A DNA stretch of 57,014 nucleotides, counting the filler, from Sphacelaria rigidula (Eukaryota), in the NCBI GenBank assembly GCA_964200075.2. It is 7 parts of 7 records of this genome, joined end to end, with 100 filler letters (N's around TTAATTAATTAA, not from the genome) between each part and the next. Parts side by side here need not be neighbours in the genome. Positions count along the whole stretch, not along the records: positions 40,797 to 48,855 come from CAXNAA020012462.1; positions 48,956 to 57,014 come from CAXNAA020012463.1; 5 more parts are not named here. The stretch is one strand, 5' to 3'. Position numbers and translations under genes: made by a program. Below the pieces are notes generated by a model. The model worked only from the letters and a program-made list of their open reading frames with translations, was not told where the DNA came from and searched no databases. This document shows positions 47,593-57,014 of this stretch, piece by piece. Every line of letters starts with the position of its first letter. The first letter of the stretch is position 1.

Positions 47593-48702
47593 AGTGTTGT
47601 TCCTTTTCAATAATATGGAGGCTGTATTTTTTAGATAAGGCGCCCCGACACAGTACACGTGGCGTCTGATGACGCTGAAAGTTGACGCATGTATGAACTG
47701 AAGCCTTAGGTAGGTGTCGACGCAGCAGTTTCGGCGACCCGAGGCGTTTTGTGCGCTGCATGGCTTGAAACGATGACAGTGCACGATGCTGAACTGTGTC
47801 GAAAACAAAAAATCTTTCTAATTGCAAATTAGATGATGACGATATGAAATCCGCGCCCAGGCAGGAGTAGACCTTGCCATCCTCGTTGTTTACGTCGGCC
47901 CCCTGTCGGTCGAGGCTGGCACCAAGACGGGAAATGCCCACCATTCAATGTTATTCATATGTCACATGCAAATGCCCTCCGGTTTTAAACGCCGTGCCGA
48001 GCACGCCGCGGCCGAACAAGGCAGCCAAAGAGAAGAGTGTCTGCTGTCAAGGACCACTGCGGACCTGTTGGGGCAGGGAGCAATGTCTCCTCCCTCATAA
48101 TGCCAGACGTGGCGTGCGCATTACCACGACAGTCTGAAAATGACAGGGGCAGTTGCTGTAAATTTCTGGTATCATAATTAACCCGATATTGTTCGGTCGC
48201 ATGCTCCCATGTGAAGCTATTCTCCTTTCTCTGACAGGTGTGTGGTCGCCCTTGTGTGGATTTTTCACTTGGTTTCAGAATCGAACAGAGTGCGGATGAA
48301 TTGCAATTTGATTTTTTTTCACGGATAGATCGCGGGTATTCTAGCCCTGTCGAGGCCTGGTTCGCATCATACATTCAGGGCTACAGTTCTCGTTGTACTG
48401 CCACTAGGAACATACCGTGTCAACTTCGTCGGGTATTGCCGTGACGGGATCTATATCGTGCAATAAACTCTTCCCCCTTTCGGAGTGATCGACATCCTTT
48501 CCCATTCGGTTGTGAAATGCGCGGTCACTAGTCTGTAGTGCGAGGTATCCGTGCTGATGTGGAGACCTCTACTTCAAGAACGTCTGCCCCTCTAGTCTTA
48601 TCATGTATGAGGCCTTAGGACATGACCGTTTCCACTTGAAGCCGCGGATGATGAAATATAATTTCAGGAAATGCCTCCATAATATTGAAAAGGAATAACA
48701 CT
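47593..48702. mobile_element. Possible non-autonomous TIR element (about 1.1 kb) downstream of lipin exon 2
   Basis: 30-bp inverted repeats agtgttgttccttttcaataatatggaggc / gcctccataatattgaaaaggaataacact (2 mismatches); no clean TSD. Confidence 0.55.
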
Positions 48703-48773
48703 ACTGTGCGACGGTGGTCGCTGCACTGAATCATAATCCTATAACTCGTATTAATTGGTCACACTCGGTGCCG

Positions 48774-48855
48774 GTCGCCCCGGTGGCTCAGTTGGTAACC
48801 TCATAACCCTCTGATGGTTGAGTTGTGGGGTTCGATTCCCGGAGTGATCTGGGAT
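48774..48855 (+). mobile_element. tRNA-Gln(CTG)-like head of SINE family 2, cut by the contig end
   Basis: A box tggctcagttgg, B box ggttcgattcc and anticodon arm taacc-ctCTGat-ggttg. The acceptor stem does not pair. Confidence 0.7.
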
Positions 48856-48955
48856 NNNNNNNNNNNNNNNNNNNNNNNNNNNNNNNNNNNNNNNNNNNNT
48901 TAATTAATTAANNNNNNNNNNNNNNNNNNNNNNNNNNNNNNNNNNNNNNNNNNNN
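48856..48955. other. Artificial contig linker
   Basis: N run with TTAATTAATTAA. Confidence 0.97.
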
Positions 48956-49566
48956 CCCGACGCCTACTTATTATCTTGCATTTGGATGACAGCCAACAAT
49001 GAGTTGCTTTATTGTCTGGTATCGCCACATCCTGAGACGGCCACGGCTTATAGGCTGCCTCCTGGGTGTCCAACCAATGGGAGGAAGGGGGGGGAGGTTG
49101 AACGCGGAGGTGATCGAGGAGTGGAGGTTGAGCATATGTGCCAAGCAGTCACCGTGTCAGTGTATGTCGGTATGCTCCAAGACAAATCCAGGCGTTCGGT
49201 CAAAGATATCGATACCCTATTCTGTACTACTGTGAACCGGTGCTCTTTAGCTATATAGCTCTCCTGTGCTGAACATAGAGTCGGCTCTTCACCAACAAAG
49301 GGACAAGACAAGGAGGATCCACGAAACCCAGTTTGGACGAGGTGAGAAAGGAGGGGAGGAAGGCAGGAATTTCACTCGATAAGAGTTCATACACTCCTAC
49401 CAATGCACAGACAGATGTCGCCCAAACAAGAAGCTTCCGAGACATTTTGAGAACCAGCGCGGTCTTGTAATGTCTACAGATTACCCATAATTCGTATTCT
49501 GCATCACGACATGCAACAACGACAAAACCTACATGTAAAGGGAATAGAGGGCAACTTTCGTTTTTT

Positions 49567-49875
49567 TGTTTTTCCTCACACTTTGAACACCTCCCCTTCC
49601 TCGGGATGAGTCCGTGGTCTCAAGGGATAACCCATCTGTCCCCCGGTACGTGCCTTTCATTTCAGTCTCGCGGATTGGGTCAGCACTCCCGCACCGCGCA
49701 CCGCGTCAACTCACGTCACACGCACCCAGTCGACTACTTTTTTTACTCAAGTTCTCACGCTTTCCACGGTGCAAATCATACGTTACGAAGAAAAAAACCC
49801 AACGTAGCGGGAATCGAACCCCCGTTCTCTCCACCCTGATGGCGACAGTCGGACCATTACACCACCGGGGCGCGG
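49567..49875 (-). mobile_element. tRNA-derived SINE-like element, family 1, in a POLH intron
   Basis: The reverse complement reads gccccggtggtgtaatgg...ggttcgattccc (intact A and B boxes) and ends in an A-rich tail. It is the homolog of 29511-29813. Confidence 0.8.
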
Positions 49876-50015
49876 CGGCAGGAAACAGGATTCAAAGTTG
49901 GTCGCTCCACGGGCTGTGAAACGGGTGAAATTGGGACCACAAGGCAGGCGATAGTAGTTCATCAACAAAACAAGTAGTCAATCACGACGCTGACGAGTGG
50001 ATACATCTTGCCCAC

Positions 50016-50244
50016 CAGCCGTGCAGGAAAAATTCAGCTCCGAGCGCACAGCTGCCCTAAGCCTCGAGACTACTGCGGCGCCGCACGCGAGCAGCCTGTC
50101 GTCCTCGGACCACTCCTCTTCGGGCCTCGCCCACCAGGACAGACGCTCGTCCTCCAGCTCACGCCTCGTACTTTCCTTCATGGCATCATCGTGATCGTCC
50201 TCATCGCCCGATGGTTCTCGAGGCTTGTCGTCCAGTCCTGCGAC
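50016..50244 (-). CDS. POLH: DNA polymerase eta, exon 5; later exons not found on this contig
   Basis: tag|VAGLDD...DDRLLACGAAVVSRLRAAVRSELNFSCTA-G|gtgggc (229 nt, phase 0-1). Confidence 0.9.
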
Positions 50245-50533
50245 CTACGCGGCATTTGCAGTTCCGTGGCGGTTGACTAAAGTAGAAGCAAGAAAACAAC
50301 ATCAAATGGCCCAAACTACAGTTCGGCACGTCACGACCGAGCCATTGGTGAAAAACAAAATTTGCGCCTGTACAAAAAACACTTTTGCGTGACTTTTAAA
50401 GAAGACGACTTAGTACAAGCGTCTTTGCCTCCCCTTCTCCCCCTCCTCCTCCCCCGCTTGGTTACCCCGTCGAAACCCATCCAGCACCCACGGCACGCCC
50501 CTTCAGCCTCCATTTGCTGACAGAAACACTCAC

Positions 50534-51254
50534 GTGGGTTGTGAGAGCCTCGTACACGACCGCAGTCCACCCTCCAGCCCCGATGTTTCGCCAGCCACCC
50601 CTATCCTCCCAGCTGTCCGGTGGCCCACGCAGGGTCATCTTCCCTTCACCTTTTGGGGGATTTCTGACTCCTACGGAGACATCAAGTCCATCATCCACGG
50701 GTATCTCCGGTTTTGACGATCGTGTGCCCTCCATGGATATCTCCAATTCTGACGTCCTGCGGTCGTTTGGTATTTTTACCGGTCCGTGCCGTCGGTCGCT
50801 ATCCTCCGCGGGAAGTTGTTGCGGTTGCGACTCGTGGGCTTCTTCAGGGTCTGCCGTTGCCGACACCAACACGCTATCGTGTTCCATCACAACATCTTCC
50901 TCTGCACTTGCGTTATCTTTGATGGTGCCACACTTGACCCCACCACCAACAATACTGTCGACATCGCTGTTGCTTGGTCTCTGGCACTCCTTACCCTTAT
51001 ATCCACCACCCCCGTCCTGTCTACCCCTGTCCTTACCATCACTATTAACGCTGCCGCCACGTTCGCTGCTGCAAATCCTTTTGTCCAGGTTGCCATCTTC
51101 GCAAGTCGTGTTGGAATCCTGGGTGAGGCGGCTGACGAGGGCTTGGGCAGCATTAGTGACATCCACGTAAACCTCGTCAATGGATGCCTTCTCCACGATC
51201 GTCAGCTCACCCCCGGCTTGCTCGAGCACCTTCACCACCTTCTCGCCGTTCTGC
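50534..51254 (-). CDS. POLH: DNA polymerase eta, exon 4 (catalytic SIDE motif plus a long insert)
   Basis: cag|G QNGEKVV...IVEKASIDEVYVDVT...ALTTH|gtgagt (721 nt, phase 2-0). Confidence 0.92.
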
Positions 51255-52155
51255 CTGATGGGCCGAATTGCCGTCGATTTCATTCGGGGAAGGGTTTCGG
51301 AATATGTTACTTATGGGGGAAAGGACAGTGATGGCTGACACCGGATTAGTGCGAAACATGAGGAAATAATGAGAGGACGGGCCGGGCAAGGGTGGGGGGT
51401 GGGTCCACTATTTTCATCTTTTGAGTGCAGACTTTTTGACACTTTTACATCTGGAACCTGGGTGAAATACAGTGTGACTCACAGAAAAATCTCATCGGCC
51501 GGCATGGATAAACAAGCATGAACACTTCGCAGTCAACCAGACGAGGAGTTCAAAGAGCCGGACCGCGTGAAACTGAACAGACATTTGGAAGCAGACGGAG
51601 GCATTTCGCACGTGTAACCCACAAGGTTATATGTCGTCGCGGACAGATCCAACCTATTCCATGCTGTGATCACCATTTCGCGAAAGTCACAGGGCCAGAG
51701 CGGGGGCGCCGATAGGGCTACCGTAGGAGACGGGGAGTGGGACACGCCTGCGACAAGACTGTGAACCTCGATTATCTTGCGAAGAATGAGGCTGTGAGTG
51801 ATGTACTGACTGCGTGAGAATGCATGGCAGACACGAAGGCACTCTCCAAGTTTCCAGTAATCGAAACCCGGTTCGTCAGGGATGAGGCTAAATTGGGAAA
51901 CCTTACTCCGGAACACTCCGCGTCTATTCCAACCTCGCGAGCAGACTCGTTCGGATATCACAGCTTCGCGTAGAGTGGGCACAACTACCGTGGCAGCTGG
52001 ACTGTTCGATGATATCGATAGTGGAAAAATCTTCGGCGGGAGGTTCATCACACCACCGTCGGCGGTGAGCGCCGGCGCTTTGAAACCCGTCAAGAGTAAC
52101 CAATGCAATTTGCAAAGCTCATTTGACATTTAGCGACACGCACTTAGATCGTTAC

Positions 52156-52259
52156 CTGTAGAGAGAAATGTCCGCCTTGCCGTTTCGTGTGGGCACCTGA
52201 ACCAGCTTCAGCTCTGGGCACTTTGCCTTCGCGTCAACCGCTTTCATGCCTCGCTTCAC
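52156..52259 (-). CDS. POLH: DNA polymerase eta, exon 3
   Basis: tag|VKRGMKAVDAKAKCPELKLVQVPTRNGKADISLY-AG|gtaacg (104 nt, phase 0-2). Confidence 0.93.
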
Positions 52260-53070
52260 CTAGATGTGACCCCCCACACATACCCCGCAGCCCACCCCAC
52301 CGCCAGAGAAGGAAGTGGAGAAGTATGTCAGAGACGAGGAATATACTGACGCCTATGGACGATGTTGCTCTTGTGCGCACGAACATCCAAACAGAGCAAT
52401 ATGTACGGAGAAAAAGGGGAATAACAAAAGAGGGAGAGAGAGCAGCGAAAGAGACAGAAGGCGCCGGAAGGGAAATGGGAACGGGACGACTCCGCCAGCA
52501 CTGTCTGTGCCCATGTGACTTAGCCGTCAGGTGCCATCGCAGTTTCGGCATGGCGCTGTGGCCCCGTCTTAGTAAAGAAAAAAAGGATGATATCATGCGA
52601 ATGAAAATGGTTGTGACGGTTCGGAAAGTCGTGATCATGAGAAACCACCCGCCTTTCCTATCGGCGGATGAAAAAATGCAGGTTAGAATGTGAGAACGCG
52701 GCGAGGAGATCAGTTCGCCACACGCAAGCAGCCTCGCTGCCGCCGGTCACAAAGCTGCTGCGGCCTTCTGGTCAACCATTTATCGCTCCCCTTCGCAATA
52801 CCATCGGCGTGTTCGCCCGTTCTCACAAAAATTGATTCAGAAACGAACATCTTTTTATAGAGTGGTTCTGACGGCTAGTATGGACTACGGTATGTGTTGC
52901 TGCGGTTCACACCGAAGCCGATCTTACTGCTATGTACCCTGTGTGTTCAGGTAACACAATCATCCGTCCACTGAGCTGCTCAAGGCATGCAGAATGGAGA
53001 GTGCTCCTCACAGCATTGCTTCGTTTTCCGGGTGCACACAGGTAGACATCTTGCTCTCGCCGCAGGATAC

Positions 53071-53400
53071 ATGAAGGCGGCACATTGTAGAGTGTGTGTA
53101 ACAAGGTCGCCACAGAGGGTTTTTGATATTTGGTGGGTCGCCAGAGGGTCTCACCTTCGGAAGGGGGTGTAGCAAACTGTCCACCTCTGTTGAATCGGCA
53201 TCAAGTTCATTTGAAAAAAGTATGCATGGTCCGGATGGACTACCCTCCTCGCGGTCTATGGGTTAACCGCCTCTGGACGAAATGAAGGCGGCACCTTATA
53301 GAGGGTGGGTGTGTAGAGGGGGGCTTTGGACACGTAAAGGGTCGTCAGAGGGTCTCACTTTCGGAAGGTGTCCCGGCGGTGTAGCAAAGTGTTCACTTGT
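53071..53400 (+). repeat. Intronic diverged direct repeat (about 115 bp x2)
   Basis: atgaaggcggcac...gtcg.cagagggtctcac.ttcggaagg...ggtgtagcaaa at 53071 and 53282. Confidence 0.7.
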
Positions 53401-53572
53401 GTATTCTAGGGAGTGCAGCTGGCCAATAATTGTGTCATGTCTACCCCGTGACACACTCATTCCTGCTGTACCGTTGAAGAAACAACACTATTCAACACAT
53501 TTCTACTACGCCACAGTCCATCCCTCAATTCGGGGTGACTGTTTCCTATTCTGTGCCTCCTTTCATTCTCAC

Positions 53573-53728
53573 CCCAAACTTGCGAGCTTCGTAGCTGACG
53601 GCGATTGTTGAGCTGGTGGAGCACTCCACTACTCGGTTGTCGTCCGGCCCTATATCCTCGATGTTATGCATCGTGGTTGGGTACTGGACGACAACCACAG
53701 GCTTGCCGGTGAGGTTGATGTCTCGCAA
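53573..53728 (-). CDS. POLH: DNA polymerase eta, exon 2
   Basis: aag|LRDINLTGKPVVVVQY...IAVSYEARKFG|gtgaga (156 nt, phase 0-0). Confidence 0.93.
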
Positions 53729-54143
53729 CTTTCAGCAATCGCGTGGCGTTTCGACAGGAAGGGATGAGGGGGAAATACGAAGCACAAAAGCAACGGAAAT
53801 GATTGAAAACGAGCACGCGCGGAAGAAGATTAATTTGAAAAAAAACAAGAAGACCTGCAGCGCGGCGTAGAACTGCAGTGACAGCGTGCAGTAGTATCAA
53901 ACACGCATGGCATCGGGATCACGATGAATGGATGCCACGGGATAAACTAGTCTGCGAAACGTCAAGTTCCTCGCATCCTCAACACATGTCGACCACAATG
54001 TTTTACCATTCGAGTATGTCACTATGGGAAGCTTCACACAGAGCAGTGAAGCAGTGATCAAGGTGGAAAGCTCTGAAAAAACAACCATAACGATATACTA
54101 GACGTCACACAGTGATGTGTCTCTGATCTCTTGTGAGCTTCAC

Positions 54144-54248
54144 CTGCTCAATTTGAGCGTAGAACGCGTCCATGTCGATGTGCGCGATTACCCTCAAAGC
54201 CTCCGCTTTCGGAGGAGCTAAGCTTTTCCCTCCTCCGGCGGTTGCCAT
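54144..54248 (-). CDS. POLH: DNA polymerase eta, exon 1
   Basis: MATAGGGKSLAPPKAEALRVIAHIDMDAFYAQIEQ|gtgaag contains Y-family motif I (105 nt). Confidence 0.94.
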
Positions 54249-55062
54249 GCTCAAGCCCTTCCGTTACTCTCAGACCTGTAGTGCAGATAACGAGGAGTTT
54301 TTTTCTCTAATTCGATGCATGAAAATAAGGAGTTGCTGTGTTTTGCTTTCGGGCCGACTTTTTAATCCCGGAACTGACACTGATTCTTTTGGGAGCGCGA
54401 AACTGGCACACAAACCCTGCGAGCTAGGTCACGAGAGTCAAACAGTTGTTTTTCTTCATATTCATGGATGATGACGATACAAGTGGCCGAAGTTGTGTGG
54501 TTGGTACTCGTGTTGTTGCAGGGAAACGCTCACAGAAATCTGGGCGCCCACCTGTGTGGACTTGTGGACCAACAAATGTAGGTAGCATGGGTGGCGCACC
54601 ACTGCAAGGAGTGCGGCAAAGTCCACCGAAATAACTTTTTCAATTAAATAAGCCCACGTTGGGAAGCCTGGGCACGGCTCGAACGGCTAAGTGGTTGTAG
54701 AGGTGTAGAGGGTGATACGCCAGAGCGTGGTGTCCGGTGTAGCTCATCATACAGGCAACAAAGGATACATCGCTTGAATATTTCGAGCCATTGTCTGTTA
54801 GAATTCCACGTGATGCCGATATCGTGTGGCGTAGATGCCGCTGGAACAATGAGCCAATTTAACCACACAAGAGAAGTGAAAACGCGCCGTGAGAGTGGAT
54901 GATTGTGGAATGGCTCGTGATCTTCTCTTTTTGTGCCCTTCCAATTGGTTGCCCATCAGCTCCCAACCAATCGGGAGGGCACAAGAAAAAAAAGAAAAAC
55001 ACCGAGATCGCCGTAATCACTCTCACTCTCACGGCGCGTTCTAACTTTTCTTTTCTCGTTAG

Positions 55063-55104
55063 ATCGGGGCCTAAGCAAGTACGAAAGAGTGCGAATGAGG
55101 AGTG
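55063..55104 (+). other. Candidate 42-nt internal exon of an unidentified transcript divergent from POLH
   Basis: ctaac branch site, pyrimidine tract and tag acceptor, then a G|gtaagg donor. A second acceptor (ctgat...ttccctccgacag) ends at 55545. Confidence 0.4.
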
Positions 55105-57014
55105 GTAAGGCAAGCCTTCCCTCCAGCAAGAGGCAAGGCGGATCTTCGTTCACTGGCCAAGCGCCATGGCAGGTGCCGGCGTTTTCTTCGAGAGTGAGGT
55201 CACGTCGCCGAGGGTCACGTCGCTGAGGAATAGGCTATCCGCATCTTTCGGAGAATTGGAAACTTGTGGTTGTGCCAGGGTCTGATTTTACCGGAAAACC
55301 GAGATATGTTACGTACCCCCGTTTAAAAGGGGCGTTGTATCTCGTTCGACTACGGTACTCGCGCGGTCACAAGCAAATTGGAATCGCAAATTTGACACAG
55401 TCCGTTGAAGATACGGCACACGAAAATAAGATCAAAAGGCACAAACATCTAGATATACCTGTCGGAAACCCTCAAAGCGAACAACCCAGGAGCGCGTCCT
55501 CTCCCAGAGAAATGATCCCCACACTCTGATTCTTCCCTCCGACAGGAATCCCTGGCGTGCCACGCCAGCCGGCACCCGCAGGTGCACAGCAGGGCCCGGA
55601 TGTCTCGCCGCTTGATGGATACCTTACCGTACTGCACTTCGGGACTGCTTTCCAAAGCTGAACCCCTGTACTGTAGCAGAGTTGCTTTTGATTTTTTCGA
55701 ACGACAACTCGTCGAGGTAGTTCTTTTTGAACGCACTACAGAGAATATCTCATGAAAGGCACACGTGCCGTTGCTTCTACCCCTGCAAGGGTTGTTGCTG
55801 GACAGCGACAACAGCTACAAGCACACAAGGGTAGAACTCTCAGTGTCGCATTTCGTCACAACCAATTTCAAAATGATGGAGTATGACCAATATTCAAATA
55901 TAAAGTCATGACAATTAGCCTGGGGCTATTCATAGGTATGGCGCTGAAGTAGTGTAACTCCTTTCGGCGTGCTATCCACCGCTTGAATTTTTATGTTGAG
56001 AATTTTCATCTCACGCTGTGATGCATGCCCGTGTTTTTTCTGTCGTCGTATTACATCAAAGACACCTGTTGTTCGGGCTCACGGGCTCTGACGATACACG
56101 GAAGATCAGCCGCATGTGGTGTTGAAAAATATGTAAAATATCATTGCGACGGTGGTTCATCATAGCGAAGTGGTTTGGTGCAGAGCAGGGTAGGCAGGAC
56201 CAGCCGTCAGCGGTATACGATGGCCAAGAGGCCAAGCAAGTCGAATTACAACTTACAGAGATATGCAGAGATCAGCAATCCTCTGGTGAGTTGAAACGAA
56301 CTTATTGATGTCTAGTTGCTGGCTTCCGTTGTCGATACAGTATTCAAAATTTGTCTGGTCTTATTTATTGATTCCTGGGTTCTGCCCCCTTGGGTGTAAC
56401 TATGGCACCATAAGCCCAAAACATGCTATAAAAACTCCCAGACTGTCATCGTGATGATGTGGTGGAGTATCGCGTCTATTCTGACCTGCGTAGATAGTGC
56501 ATGACAATCATGGTTTTCTAGTAATGCAGCATGCAGCTGCTCACTTCCCTATGCGCCCATCCGCGACCGTTGAGGCCATGATTTTGATTTTCGGAGTTCA
56601 CCACCTTAGGACAGTCATCGAGAGCCCAAAAAATGGTTAATGTCGCACAATAGTGGTAGGACAACTTTGGTTAACCTGGATTTGGACGGCGGGTGCGTGG
56701 TGGCGCAGGGGACGAGAAAGTGGTCGTTCCCTGGGGTGTCTTCTACCGTGAATTTTGGGGGGCTGGTATCCACCGTATCTACCTGTAGCGTGCTAGAGAC
56801 AACTCTTCATGGTTGTACACGAGTATTCTGGGGATCATTGAAATATGAAGGGAAAAAAAATAACCAGAAAAAAAAATGACCAGAAAAAAAATGGCCAGAA
56901 AAAAAATGTCACCCAGGGATGCAAAACACGAATGCCCCCCCCCCCCCCCCCCCCACCCCCCGACCCACAACCCCTCTGTGCGCGTACACGCACAAACCAA
57001 CTCCCCTAGCCCCC

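Noticed and set aside
48021-48137. Lipin exon 3 candidate (AAKEKSV...)
   Set aside because: It lacks the expected N-LIP continuation (VNG...MKLG..GEAFF) and lies inside a putative TIR element
48774-48855. Functional tRNA-Gln gene
   Set aside because: The acceptor stem cannot pair, and the homolog at 8339 continues into a SINE-like body
51533-52129. 198-aa minus-strand ORF
   Set aside because: It lies within POLH intron 3, has no recognisable domain, and exons 3 and 4 join in frame without it
46063-54248. Lipin and POLH as neighbouring convergent genes
   Set aside because: They are separated by an artificial linker and belong to different contigs

Overview
This is eukaryotic, intron-rich, repeat-rich DNA. 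A stramenopile, probably a brown alga, is inferred from gene style and repeat content but not proven. The window is not one locus. It is seven pieces of 8059-8060 bp (1-8060, 8161-16219, 16320-24378, 24479-32537, 32638-40696, 40797-48855, 48956-57014) joined by 100-nt N linkers carrying TTAATTAATTAA, so nothing can be inferred across linkers. Host genes were rebuilt by hand from splice sites: five exons of DNA polymerase eta (- strand), two exons of a lipin head-to-head with two exons of a Ser/Thr kinase bearing a mitochondrial-type presequence, and the last two exons of a coiled-coil/disordered protein. Mobile DNA includes a chromodomain Ty3/Gypsy element with its 3' LTR, a second Gypsy relic, a LINE RT fragment, two tRNA-derived SINE-like families and several foldback/MITE families. 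The best candidate for something undescribed is a pair of diverged, complementarily deleted copies of a large element (about 2381-6500 and 32909-37900). One copy keeps a Cys/His cluster and an Academ-like transposase start. The other keeps an XPG/PIN nuclease with AcademX-like C-terminal motifs but XRN-like GEGE/GxDFLP catalytic motifs. All family assignments come from motif recognition by eye; no database search was run.
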